Shown: positions 13,684-27,303 of the stretch, in pieces | Layout of the letters: each line of letters begins with the position of its first letter | Numbering within the stretch: position 1 is the first letter of the stretch | Source: Phoronis australis | Lineage: Eukaryota > Animalia > Phoronida | DNA length: 64,000 bases | Assembly (NCBI GenBank): GCA_002633005.1 | Contig: NMRA01000035.1 | Span: forward strand, 600,863-664,862 | Direction: 5' to 3' | Translations under genes and position numbers: made by a program | The notes under the pieces: generated by a model | What the model was told of the DNA's origin: nothing | Database searches by the model: none | Seen by the model: only the letters and a program-made list of their open reading frames with translations

Positions 13684-14237
13684 ATGGGCACGCAATCGCT
13701 ATATCCGACTATTGCCCAAAGTGCTGTCTGAATGATTCATAGAAGTCTGTGATCAACTCCCAGGTATGATGCCGACACAGCTTATCAAATTTTTTTACTG
13801 AGGGGGACAATTTGGATCCTGAAACATTCCAAACATACCGTATGTAAGCCTACTGAGGTTTGTGTACATTTTTCTTAGTTTAGATGATTACCGACTGTTT
13901 TGTCTATAGTTTATGAAATAATCGTGATACTGTGTTGAAGTCCTTACGAAAAGTAATAGGGATGTTCTAAAGCGCAGTTATCTAGTCTTGCTGTATACAT
14001 TACTGTAACTGTATTTGCAGCATTTATAAACAGTTTCAGTTGCTGTTTGTCTATGACTTTCCATCATGTGTTTTTGATTTCATTTTTGTCTAAAGGTAGC
14101 TTCCTAGGTCATTCCGTGTTCATTTAATCGACTGTTTATTTCTCATTGGTTCAGGACCTGTGCTTTTTTATTGTGAAGTCGCTTAAATTAAACTGCGAAA
14201 TGTTATTGGGAATCTTGTGTTGGAGATCTTGTCTATG

Positions 14238-14372
14238 CAGGTGTGGATTAAGAAGGTGTGAAGAGTTCACGGACCCCCTGCTTGGTCATTTGTGCATTGC
14301 AGTATTGTGGGAATTTGAAGTGCCCCCTGGTGCAAAGTCAGACCCCTCAGTCACATCTTGAATCCACTCCTG
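14238..14372. mobile_element. Short degenerate MITE
   Basis: TIR-like caggtgtggattaaga / tcttgaatccactcctg. No clear TSD. Confidence 0.45.
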
Positions 14373-15287
14373 TTGTATATTCTGTCCAGAGGATCTGCAT
14401 GCTCCTCATTGCCATCCGAGCCACTTGAATTAAGTGCCCTTACGTTGTCCATCCTAGCGAAAAATGATTTATACCCGTGGGGCACTGCCCATATCTTTGG
14501 TTAGGGGTAATACTGGACCTTAAACACTGCCACCACACTTACAACAGCCAAAAATAAAAATTGCAACCCCTGTTTGTACCAAAACTTCAAAGGAATTCCC
14601 TCTTCCTCATGTATACCTTCTTTAAAAACGACAGAAATGTGTACCATTCATATTATTTTATTAAAAGTTTGATCCGTCATTGCACCATTCAGAAAACTTG
14701 GATAGATCAGTTTAACACATTTCACGGGCGATTACAGGCTCTAGATTTGGACGCAGTAACCACGATCGCTTGCCGAAGTTTGTGTTTTAAACGGCATAGA
14801 ATCGTATATTTGCCGCCCGATGTACAGTCTGGTGAGTGTTGAAAGTGTATTCCGGTATTTACATTGTGTGCCCACGGGACTTTACATTCATTTTGGCGCG
14901 TGTATCGCCTTAGTGTTGGCTATTTATATAAACAAATGCTTCTCAGACAGTATATGCATGCTTGAAAGGTTGGGTGCGCAGTTTTCTGATAATCAAGCTG
15001 GTCGTATTGAAAATTTTGTACATATTTAATTTGTGAAGCTTGAGACTTATTTACTGTGTATTTGCAGATGTTTTTGTATTGAAACAATATGAATTTTCAG
15101 TTGGTGAGTTACTTTGCTGCCTTGCTGTAAATTTTCTGTGTACGCTTACTCACCATTTCAGTTTTCGTTATTTATGTACCGCAATTCGAAATAAAAATAA
15201 AGCTTTAACATGGACACGAATGTTTTATCTTGACTTTCGATCTTGCGTGTGGACATTTTATTAAAATTTACGGCATTCAGAGCTACG

Positions 15288-15541
15288 CATGCGCGCACCC
15301 AGGGGGGGGGCTACTTCGAGCCCCCCCCCCTCCCCATTTGGGCGAAGTGGGTAAAAAGGTGCATCTCAAAAAGTCCGAGAAAACGAGACAAAAATCCACT
15401 AAACAGGCGCAGACGTTCAGTTCACAAACCTGAAGGTGGTACCCCGTTTTTTTAGTCCTCCCGCTTCTTTTGTTAGCAAAAGGTCCACTTTGTCCAGAGG
15501 TTCGAGCCCCCCCCCCCATATGAAAGCTGGGTGCGCGCATG
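15288..15541. mobile_element. MITE family C with 15-bp TIR catgcgcgcacccag and 5-bp TSD ctacg, nested in an older related copy (~15217-15675)
   Basis: Perfect TIRs and TSD. The flanks rejoin into sequence matching 22280-22470. Related fragments lie at 22248-22470 and ~59773-59910. Confidence 0.82.
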
Positions 15542-17257
15542 CTACGAATTGTGCATTCGCCAAATTTTGGTAGTTTCTGCCTTTTTAGTGGACTTTTTGT
15601 CTCATTTTCTGCCTTTTCATAGCTTTTGTTTCTGTGAGGCGGACCTTTTACCCACTTCGCACTGGTTGCGCGCATGTACTCGAAACGTGACTGTTATCGT
15701 CGATGACTAATCGTAAACCGTGAGCTGTTTATGGTCGCTGGTTGGGTTTTTCACTGAAGCCAAAGAAAGAGTCTTTACTGAAACAGCGAAGTGAGTTTCC
15801 CATGATATAAGCTATGCCAACGGTCAATGTCATCAATCAACAGGTGGTGCCAACTAAGTTTACTTCTAAATTTCAGCCATAACTAAATGTAATTGTTGAG
15901 ACGGAAGAGCTTCAAATTTTACGCCCGTTATCTCAGTGCAGCAACAGTGGATTTTATCCCCTTCGAGAACCTCAACATTCAACCCATGAGCGCATGCGCC
16001 GTGGTGAGAACTATTCGCCATATTATGATCTCACCTGTATTTTGGGTATTGTCCATGTGGACTCTTCCGTGGGGGTGTTTGATTCCTTTATTACAAAATA
16101 GTTTTATAATGCATGGTTCTGATTTTTTATTTACTTGAGCTGTAAGTATTTTTGTTAGTGTATCATCTGTGCATTTCCCTCACGCAACAACTGATAAAAA
16201 CTCTAGGACTTATTTGCCCCGGTTAATATACTGAACCATTTGCTCTCCCCAGGTAAGAAAATTCAGGGACCCATGATGACCCAATTTTCCGCCATTACTG
16301 ATATCAACGGTGTTATTTGAAGCAGGAGTGGACGAAATACCTATGTCTTTAGAATGTACATAGATTCTTCAAAGCTGCTGTGTAATTTAGTAACGCTTAC
16401 TTCTCTGTTCAGTGCAGGTAACTATAAGTGCGCATTTTGATAACGGTTTACTGTATAAAACTGTCTTTGTATGCGTGACCTACTTGTGACATATTTTTTA
16501 CATTACTCAGGTAGTATTTAAGTTTTGCCCCCTCGATTAAGGAATTTGTACATTTCTTAATTTTCGTCAGTGGTGTAACCTGTTGGAAATGTGCTTGATG
16601 AAATGTTAACTGGTCCTCCATAAGCACATTCTCGAGTGTTGCGTTTTGAAGACTCGTTGTCATTTTCCCCTAGCTCATAGCCTAGAAATTTTAACCAGCT
16701 TACTCAATCTCAGTGACACAGTACACGACTCAGTTCAGTTCACAGATAGCTTTACTGGAGTCGACCTAGGCGGGAGGGGATAGTTGATTCATTTGATTGA
16801 AGCACTGGTTAGAACCTGTTTTGATTTGTCAGTGTAATAAAGGGAGTGATTGTGACAGAGTTCACACGCGACTTCGTTTAAAATTTGCTTGCGTGAGTTT
16901 GTGAGGCTTTTGAAAAAGATCTATAACTGTACTAAAATGATGCTTGCTAGTGCTTTCCCTTTTTGCAATGAAACGCGGGTAAGGTTTCAAAATGAAATCT
17001 AGGCACAGGCTAGGACCATTATATTCATTTTTGCTTGATATTTTGTGTTTGAAAGTGCCCAACTGCTGTCACAACAAGAAAGTTTTTGATACCAGCAAAG
17101 TTTTGTAGAGTTACAAAATCAGCCGATTTCATAATTTCCATAAGTTAGTTGGGAGGAATCCATTATTCTTTAGTCTCTACCGTGTATTAGATTCTGGTAG
17201 GATTCTGATGATAGCTAATATAGGAATAAACAGTGTTACATAACACACTTCATTGTA

Positions 17258-19189
17258 ATGCGATGGGTATTGCTGGCTTTATTTCCAGCCTGTGCTATAC
17301 TGTGTTACCAATGTGACAGCAACGAAGATGACACGTGCCCCTCAGACAGACGATTCAACACCAATTTGAACGCTCTAGTCGATTGTTCCAGTTTTGAAGC
17401 TCATGTGCCAGGGCAATTTTGTATGAAAGTCGTGCAGCGAAGCCCAGGATGTAAGTGGAATTTTTCAACAAAGATGTTTGAAACTTTCTTGATTCAAAAT
17501 GAATGCTAGTTAACTTCTTGAAATGTTTTTATCCATGAAAATGTTGTGTTTATGAGAACAACCTCGAGAATTCAAACTCACGACCTCAGAGTTCGTTGTC
17601 TAATGATTTAGCAGCAGTCGCGGTGGCGCTAAAAGACTGCTGAAAATGTCTGAGTGAAGCACACCAGCCTTGAGTTTAATTAAGTCTACTGAATCACTGG
17701 AAGCCAGTATTTGGAATCGGCAATGACTACATAAACCACAAGAAATAACCGATTTTGCAGTTTATAGCAGTTGTCGAAATCAATTTCTACAAAATTCAAT
17801 AAGTCTATCCTACATAACCGCAATTCCAAAAATTTTCCTGGTTTTCGACCTTAAAATGGAATGGGCTTCTCTAACACTGTATCACTGCTCAAAAACATTT
17901 CTTCGTTATTACTGTTGCTACGTATTTTTAGGGACAAACTCCTGGAAAATTGCAATATCAGTTTTGTCATTTCAACAAAATTTGTGAAGATCAACCTGCT
18001 TATATAAATACACAGTGGGATTCCAATGCAGTGTTAAGTACTCCCAATGCCACAGCCAGATCCCCTCTGGTCATAATCCTGGCTGTGTGGCACCTTCAAC
18101 TTTAGCGACACCCGCATATTGTTTTGTAAACGTATGAACTGGAGCATTGTTCAAATCTGAAGGACCAAGTTGATCAGACACGGTAACGCATGATGGTGTC
18201 TTGTTGCAGGGTGGGGTTGGGAAAAGGTTACCAGGCGCTGTGGGTCGCAGTCTGATATTGGTGAGTAAAGTGATGCGAGATGGAGAGTTGTGACTGAACA
18301 CAGATCCTATACATTTTACTAAATTAAAGATACAAATCAAGGCCTATGTTGGACGTCGTTATTAGTGTTCTCTTAGCCAGTACCTCAAAACTTTTTCCAA
18401 ACCAAGTACATATAAATTTGTTCAAGCATCCGAAGCTATGTCTGAAATTAACCCTATTCATTTCACTCAACACAACGACGACATTAGATGGTCCAAGGAA
18501 AGGTTGCTTTGTAAATTGGCTGCAGGAATGAGGCAGCTATGCCAGCCACAATAACTTGACAGCCTATAGAATTGTAATGTTACATGTTGACATTAATTGC
18601 CAGGAGAATATTGGGGAATTAAAATAACTATAAAATACCTCAGTTGTTTTGTTTTTGAAGTGAATATAACACCAAGGATGTTGTCCTTTTCCTGTAATGG
18701 AAAATACTGATTTTCTCAAAATTTTCTGCAATCGTAATATTTGTGATAGCACTGTTATGTAAAGGACTCGCTATTCTCTCCTTTGTTATGCTGCACTAAC
18801 CATAACCTGTTGGTTGAAACCACAATGACTACAATCTGATACCTTTGAAGGTGCTTGAATTATGGCTTTGGCACTGACCTTTGACAATGACCTTTGACAC
18901 TGACATTTGTTTTGGAACATCATTATAATTAGTATCTGCAGCTTTTTCAACACAAAGATGACAGTATGTGACAGTCATGTGCAACTGAATGTTAAAATCA
19001 AGTGTTTCTTTTTGCTCACCAGGTGTCGCTTGGGGTTGCCGTTGGGAATATGTTGACAACGGTGTGTTCAAAGAAACCTGCTACTGTCAAAATGACGACG
19101 GTTGTAATGGATCATCAAGACTTTCCTTGACATTCCCTGTAGTTGTTCCAATCTCAGTTTTATTTACCGTGAAGTTTATACTTTGGTGA
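17258..19189 (+). CDS. Ly6/uPAR three-finger protein 2, GPI-anchored; join(17258..17450,18210..18260,19023..19189); true 5' end uncertain (acceptor at 17288/17289)
   Basis: Translation is ILCYQCDSNEDDTC...FCMKVVQRSPG | WWGWEKVTRRCGSQSDI | GVAWGCRW...TCYCQNDDGCNGS plus a hydrophobic C-terminus. It has 10 Cys and phase-1 GT-AG introns in frame. Confidence 0.88.
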
Positions 19190-20181
19190 AAAGAGGAGAG
19201 TGGTCACTAGAAAGGTTTACTCACATACAGGCATGTTCAGTTCTGCAACACAAACAGAATATTTTATGACGCTTTCCTCGAATCAGAAGTACTTGTTGTG
19301 AGGTTCACAGCAAGAGATATAACAAGTTTTGTTATGTTTATGGACATAACTCCCACAATTCTCCATTTCATGTGGTTGTCCAGTTTTTAGTAAGTGGTAT
19401 CCATTTTGCTTCCTTACCAGTTTGAAGAAAGTTAACTGCTGGGAATTATAGTGATGTGTAAAATAAGGAAATGATTCAGATTTTTCAAACTGGTATTTTG
19501 TGTTTTGGTTAATCAAATATTCAAAATCAGGATATTTTCGAATATGATCTGTTCAATATATTTTTATTTTAGGGTGAGCTTTATCACTATGTTTTGAATT
19601 TAAGGTGTAATTGAAAATCAAGCGTCTTTATAGTAGTATCTGTAATGGTGTATTAGCGAAAGAGGTTTATTTCTCAAAATCTATGACGTTGGTTGTTGAT
19701 AATTTTGGTATCAATAATTTAAAATAAGGACATAAGAATCGAGAACATACTCATTTCTGGAACCCTTTTAGTTTGCAGCTGAATTAATAACTAAGTTCTT
19801 TTCTATAAGACTATGCCACTTGCATGCGTAAACTGAAAGCTGTAGGAATATTCTTAGCAAGCATTTTAAAACACTGTATTTTTGTACATATCCATGTTTA
19901 CATTCATCTTATAAAGGGAAACGTATCGTCAAGGTTTTGAAGTATAAACACCAGATAAGTAGAATTACGTTGTGGAATACCGTGACTCTTGTTTAGAAAG
20001 TTTGACATATATTTGTACATACTTTTTGGAAATTAAAGTTTATAACTTGTACATAACTTCAGTTTAGTTTCTACCTTTTTCAAACTGAGTGTAAACACAT
20101 TTGCAAGTTCTGCACGAAGGGAATATAGACTTCCTTAACGAGGCTCGAATTTCTTTAAAAAGTAATTTTTTTAAGTATTTT

Positions 20182-20742
20182 TAGTAGACCCATTTAGCTC
20201 TATATTTTTAAAATCGTTGATTTTAACCAATTCGTATTGTGTGCACAAAAATAATACCCAGGTGTTAGTGATCATGCGACTTTGTCTTTTAAAAAAATCT
20301 TGATTTGTTAGGAGAGTAGGGAGTTTCCACAAACATTAAGTTGTCCACGTGATGTTTGCAGCTTCTGTTTCTTTATTCTAGTAGTTACAAAACTGTAACT
20401 GATGTTTTCTTTTGAGGCCTTTTAGCTGGAGAACTCCACTGATCAAAATGAAGACGTCAACATTCCTTGAAAAACGGTAGCCCTGATTTTTAACAGCCGA
20501 GCTCTCTGTCTAAAAGGCCTCGAACGAAAATTTCGGCCACATGTTTGTGGCAAATAAATGAACAAAATGTTCAAGTTTCGTGTTAAAAAGTCATTTAAGT
20601 GATGTCTCTGAGAAATTGCGATTTGTTAGAAAAAAAAATCTTATTATTTCAAACATCTGAGTCCTACTTTCAAGCACATTTAGTAAGATTCTCAGTATGA
20701 TCATTAAGCATTTTATTGATTTATAGATGAATGGGTCTACTA
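20182..20742. mobile_element. ~560-bp TIR element
   Basis: Inverted termini tagtagacccatttagctctata and tatagatgaatgggtctacta. Confidence 0.6.
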
Positions 20743-22247
20743 TTAATACTATAAATTTATTTTAAAATTCGATCCTTAATAATGAAGGTAGCTTATCTTG
20801 CAGTGGGCAACTCCTGTGATACCAAATGTGATGATGCGCCATATTGCGTGTATTCAGACCCCTGGGCCTACATCCAGACACGATTGTTTCGCATATAGGC
20901 GTATGCGCCTAGTTCCGGATATAGACTTTGCTTCACATATGGCCGCATGGCCTATACACACGCATATATCTTATCCCGCTCAAGCCAAATCATAAACTTC
21001 ATGTCAAAGAAATTAGTGGTAGAAGACTCACTACTCATAATGTAGTCTTGAGTACTGTCGTACACCTGTATTTTAATACGGCTGATGACGGTTTTAAAAA
21101 GGCGTTATCAGCCATGCTCTGGTGTCAAGAACGAGTTACTTCCCATGCGTACTTGCTCTAAAGCAGCGTCATCGAATTCTATTCTTACCCTTTGTTTCAT
21201 TTGTTGTATGAGTAAGGAACAATGTTACCCTCTGACACAGCGCCACCTATACTTTCGTTTAGCACTGCGATAGAGTGTATGTAGAACAATGTTAGACCGG
21301 TTAGTGACCTATGTCAAAAGTTGCAACATTAAGCAATTTCTAAGCTGTCAACTTGAAAAATCCTTTAATTATACCTGAAAATCGATGTGAATCATTTCGT
21401 AAAATGACAGCTTGATGGTTAAAGTGCCTTCAAGAATAATTACAAAGAACGAAACGAGATTTTTTGGGTTGAAATGTACAGCAGATATATGTTGAGAAAG
21501 GTGCAGCGTACTTAGCGATTACGCTTCGTGGTCAATGGAAAGATTTCCCCTTCCAAACAACCGAAATCTCAACAGTTAAAGGTGCATTTCGTCCCGTCTA
21601 GAAGGCTAAAATGAAAATCAAATCAATTTGACTCTTTACTCTCAGGCCACGGTGTCGTAATATTCTTACTGTGATAAGACTCCATTACCAACAAGAACAC
21701 GGAAAGCCCCGATCAGCGACTGGAAAAATGTTCAGTCAACAATAAAATTTGTGAATTTGAAACTGACGAAAATGTACCGGTACCCAATGCCGGCCTGAGA
21801 TTTGAGTTGGTTAAGGAACTGAAATCGTGTCACTAGGTAGCCTCGTTTCAGCCTTCATGCAAGCCGGAAATACAGTTCAGTATTGACTTCTTCCTTTGGA
21901 AAATCACGTGAGATGACTCGTCTGAGGAGTCGCTTCGGTGCCGTGCATTTGCTAGAAACTATCACCAGCGCAGTGTATGCGGACAGTAAGATGAGAAATG
22001 TGTTGTCGTGACCTAGAGCGGGACATTAAATTGAAACTGTAAGTAAAAAATACATATATTGTGATGAGGGGACCTACCTTTGCCCTCAAGTTATCGGGTG
22101 GGTCAGCCAGCGTTGCTAAGCTACCGGATGTCATTTCTATGACATCTGTAGAGACCGGATAAAATGAGACATTTGCCATCTGATGAAGGGCCGCTCCTAT
22201 TAGGCTCAAAAGCTAGTGTTTTCAATAAAGAATTTTTACCGGATTTT

Positions 22248-22470
22248 CATGCGCGCACCCAGCCTAAAAATTGAGGGATCGAATTTTTGAAATGTGGACC
22301 TTTTACTGAGATTCACGGGGTACCTTCAGAGCTTTGAATTGTGCATTCGCCATTTTTTCAAATGACATGTCTTTTTAGTGGTCTCATTTGAGTCGTTATC
22401 TAATTTTTCGTAGTTTTTGTTTCTCTTACGCGGACCTTTTTGCACACCTCGCCAAATGGGGGGCTCGTTT
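22248..22470. mobile_element. MITE family C-related fragment
   Basis: It begins catgcgcgcacccagc and contains gtggacctttt and ttcagagc..gaattgtgcattcgcca, which are shared with the 15.2-15.7 kb region. Confidence 0.65.
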
Positions 22471-22977
22471 GTGAAAAGTGAACCGTATGGAATATCTTGT
22501 CTTTTCGTCAGTGTCTTCATAAATGAATGCCAAAGCAAAAAAAAACAATTTTTAAAAAAATTCATCGCGTGAAAGTCGCGGGTTTACACGGCGCGGACAT
22601 TTTCAGGATATGGCAAGCCCCTCGACAACGAAAATAAGACCAGTTCGTGTGATATGTATGCATATCCATCCTAATCACAGGCATGGAGTCCAAGCAGCGT
22701 ACATGTAGCATTCGCATAACATGGGCGGCGCAGCACTGAAAAAAGTGGGGGTATAGCCCCAGCCCCTTATGATATGTATGCGCCGCCCATACATAAGTGC
22801 ATCGAGTGCCGTTTGAAGATGTAATCCTCGCAAATTCGTGCAAAAACCATTGCAGTGGAATACCTGCCAGTGAGATTAGTGACGTGAACAGAGTGCTTGC
22901 ACGCAATAGGGGATTTTTCATATTGGCGCTCTCCACCCCGGTCAACCCGCAATCGAGAACGTGACCGTGCACCAAAA

Positions 22978-23925
22978 ATGGCAGACGACAGTGACGTACC
23001 CGGTGAATTTAAGTGTCGTTTTCTTCTTAGAGGATACTTTGGTAAGAATGCGACACACAAAATAGCGTCAGTGTGCAGCCTTTGTTATGGATCTGAAATA
23101 ATGATTGGCCGTTCCTTATTTTTTAAAATAAAGAGCTCAGAAAGCAATGGCTTTACGTAAAATGCCTTTGCGCCTCGTAGAATCGACAAATTCTACTTGT
23201 TATTAGCAATTCCAGGATGCTTAAGTACAGACGTGTGACGTTTATAGTTTAATCGTCCCTGCTGACACCTTTGTTAGTTATGATTTGTGAACGCAAAAAG
23301 GTGATCGTGAACGCATACTGTATTGGCCTGAATTGTCGTTCAAGTTACGGTATTGTATCAATAATTTTAGAATGATACGGACCCTAAATTAGTTGATGGG
23401 CTGATTATTGATTATATTTTATCGCTGTTTCCATTATTTCTTTGTGAGATTTATCCTAACAAGCATAACTGAATACGTTTGATTCTTTCAGTTGAACTGT
23501 AGCCACGAATCCTTCAGTTAACGTCCACGCCTTCAAAAAGAGTAGTACAACTGCTGCACGTCACAAAGGACTGTGTGTGTATGTATGCTGTGGAGCTTCG
23601 TTCAGGGACTAAGAAATCGACTTAGTATGGCCACAAAACACGGTGACACTACAGCAAGCAAGACCTTTACCAGCCCTGTGATTTACGCGTTGAATGCGTC
23701 AAGAGTTTTTTACCGATATAGGAAAACACAATATGAAGCATCGTGCTCAGGAACCAAGTCAGTTCAATGTCCTATCTGTGATCAATGTTTCACGGAGAGA
23801 GCCTGACGCGACACATTGCGTCACTGCACGAGGACACTCCCTTTTGTAATGAATGAAGCATGTCATGCAAACGGTATCTTATGCCTCTTTCTACAGGCAT
23901 AAGAAGCAGAAACGTCATGAATGAA
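22978..23925 (+). pseudogene. Decayed C2H2 zinc-finger gene relic (ATG exon 22978..23041; acceptor at 23491)
   Basis: QCPICDQCF...(frameshift)SLTRHIASLH, a following CNE*...FYRHKKQKRH, and upstream degenerate fingers, with multiple stops and frameshifts. Confidence 0.5.
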
Positions 23926-26900
23926 ATCATTAAGTCGAGTGGTGAAGGATGTTAAGTCATTATAGTTTATTCAGATTTACAGTTTATGGTTGGTAGTTGT
24001 CTGATGTTAGTATTTTGACGTTTTGTTTTGAATCTTTTTTTTTCCTCAAGTTTCTTTCTATATTTGTGATTTCAACAGGATCTTTAAAACAGAACCAGTG
24101 CATTTTTGTAGTGTTTAGGTCGATTTAAATGGCCATGCTGAGTGTAATTAGGCAGTACTTACATACAATTATTTTGACAAATTAGTATTTTAAAAATATA
24201 TGTCTATGATTATTGTAGAAATTGCTTTCATATTGTTGATTTCCTGTGAGACACTATTATGCTATCAATCAGTCCCAAGTACATTTTCTATGAGTCAGTG
24301 ATCAGTGATTTGGTCTAATACATTCCAAAGTAATTCGTAGGAAATGTTCAATGGATTTGTAATGTTGATTTCCCTAAAGCAATATTTTATATATTTTTGT
24401 ATTACCAATTTTGAGGTATGTGTGATTAAAGATTAATATTATAACAAAGTGATTTCCTGTGTAAATCACTACATTGTGTAGTTGAAGTGATGTTAAAGAC
24501 AACATGTTGACTACGTTTTGAGAAAATCACAATATAGTACCTGTATTATAAAAGTCTCAATCTTTTTCAATGTCACATTAAACTGGAGATCATGAACTGA
24601 AGATGCACGGTGAACTTAGGACAGGACTAGAACACAGAAGAGTCAAACACAACATACAAGCAAGCCACACGGTGCCACAAGTCAATCTGTTCATCTATGC
24701 AAAGATGTTATCAATAAAACACCAAGTAAAATCCCACCCGTTTTATCAGCACATAAGTTTACACAACTTCTGGCCAATTTTTCGATCCCAGACGTTCATG
24801 AATGGAAATCTTTGAATCATCTCGTGAATGGTGTTGCCGCATTCCTCTCTCTCTCTCTCTCTATGGGCAAGCTCATCATCATTCTTTGACTTCACTGGCT
24901 ATTTGTTTTTTTTTTCCTTTCTGCTGCCACAATTGTTCAAGAAGATTCGACACTGGCTTTCATCTGCATCAACAATTTGTTTACACCTGGCTGACACGCC
25001 ACATGGAACAACTCCTGGGTGAGTCTTAGTTTAGAACCCCTTGTTTCCAGGGATTTCGTCTAAAAGTAGATGTCTGTATTTCAAAACCTCGGTAGGGTAT
25101 GCCTTCACGTCGTGGGTAACATGTTCGTTGAAGCTAGTCTCACAATAACAGTAAACTTGTTTCCTGAAATGAGAATAAATTCATTTGTGAAAATGTCTAT
25201 ACCGTACATAGAATGTTAAACTACTGAAGAATGCCGTCAAGTTTAGACTCACAGACCGTGCGACAAACTCTAGAAAACGTGCAACCAATTCGTCAGTTTA
25301 CCTGAGCGACACGTCTCTCTGGTGGCGACAAAGCATGAGGCCCGCCGAACATCAAATCGAATGCCGTGGCACGAACTGTAAAGGAAAATCGTCATTATAG
25401 GCTACATTCAATGTACATTTCAAAACAAAGATCTCTTCTCATTTCGCAAAAATGTCTTGTTGACAAAAATCGAATGCATTGCGAGGTTTGGTTGTAATAT
25501 ACTGGACTAAGGATTAAAATACGAGACCTTCAACACCTTCAAATTTAGATAAATCCTTCCTGCTCAAAACAGGTAACGATCAGTCATCTGGACTGTCGGA
25601 TATAATGTGCCTGCATTTTTAGAACCAGTTTGATCCCGTTATTCAGTGGAGAAAACTGGTTCTCAAAATTCGAGCACGTGAAAACCATGCACCGAGACCG
25701 TGGATGCTTCATGCTTTACCCAGGTGAATATTCGATAACAAATGACATTGACCCTGACCGCCACCAAAAATAATAAAAGGGTTTAAAAGGATAGCGATTC
25801 CACTTTGTATGACAAATAATCATGAACTTGCTTACAATATTGATACTTACCATATACATTACATTTGAAGCTTCCTGGTGTTGAAACCTGAACACCCCCA
25901 ATTACTATTGGACAAGATAACATAAAACTTTATTTTAAACCAAGATATAAGTTTTGATACTAACACGGGATTGTTCCTCCTTCAGTTGCTCTAAAAGCTT
26001 CTGAAGCTCGTTTACTTTGGTCAAAATTTCTATCTAATGACCCTGAAGCTTCGCACGTTTGTAAACTCTCTCTAGCGTGGAAGCACCACTGCTTTTGCTT
26101 TTTCCGTGCTTTTTGAAACGACAGCAATAGTTATCCAATTCTCGTTTTTGCTCGGAAAGGCTATTAACTCTGTATCAGCGCACCATTGTCTACTAGGGAT
26201 CGCTTGGCTCCTTCTTTTGGTGAAGGTCATACAGTTTTGTTTACGGTATGGTCCTGGGACTTGGTTTACAAGTTGAGAGGCTACGGACTGGCATCCGGGT
26301 CCGCAATAGGGACCTCCCGCCTTCATCTTGTAAACACTGGTTCATTCACAATAAATGACGTCACTGATTTGACCGCAATCGGATCTTGTGCTTTACCTGA
26401 AATGGTGTCGCAGCCATTCCCGCCAACAGCAATTGGCAGGCGAATGTTGAAATTTAATTGTCAAAAAATATATATAGCAGTTGCCCAGCTGTTGTGAGTT
26501 TTCACCGTCTCAGTTTTGTAATATGGCAACTGCTTAGCTATTGATTAAAATTCAAATTTTTAAATAATCTACTGAAATATTGTAAACTACTTGACGTCTG
26601 CTTACTCTGGCCTAAGTATTCAGTAGCCGATGTAATGATAAAGGCATTTTTCTCTACTTAAAGTCTAAACAAGGAAATCTGAAACATGAGAATTAAAACG
26701 CAGCCTGGGGAGCATTCAGAGAACACTAGTGTCTCACTAGAAAATAAATACCTCACAAGACTCCAGAGATACCGCTGAGTATTTTCAGTGGAAGCACTGA
26801 ACGAAGAACTAGTTAAATACACGACGGTGTTGTGATTTCAATATCATTGGCCACAAGTCTCAAAACAACGTTATATCTGTCGATCCACCATAGATCTACA

Positions 26901-27148
26901 ATAGAGCAGATCGCCAAGAGACAAGTCAAACACGATAATTAAAATGGCGAAGTTAGCAAATGGTTTAGCACAAATGCAAGGTTTTCCAAAAACCAGCTGG
27001 GGCGCTGATGTGGTTTAATGTTTTAATTTTCAGAAAGTTTCACTGATTTGATGCGAGCGGAAATACTGTTTTTTTCTAACCAAGGTTTACAACCGTGAGC
27101 ACGACACAGAATGGTTGAGAATCAAGCTAACGTTTTATCCGCACTGCT

Positions 27149-27303
27149 CAGGGGCGGATCCAGGATTTTAAGTTAGGGGCCCAGGACAGAGTATTAGTCA
27201 GGATTTTCCCGTCAGACATTGGCGCACCCCCGAACTCCCAAATGTAATCTGGAAGAATTTTAGAGGGCCATAGCCCCCTTGGCCCCCTCTAAATCCGCCA
27301 TTG
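27149..27303 (-). mobile_element. MITE family A, inverted copy
   Basis: The reverse complement aligns by eye with 33959-34115. Flanks are ctgct/ctgtt (5-bp TSD with one mismatch). Confidence 0.8.

Noticed and set aside
15230-15675. ORFs of 67-130 aa
   Set aside because: They lie wholly within GC-rich nested MITEs.
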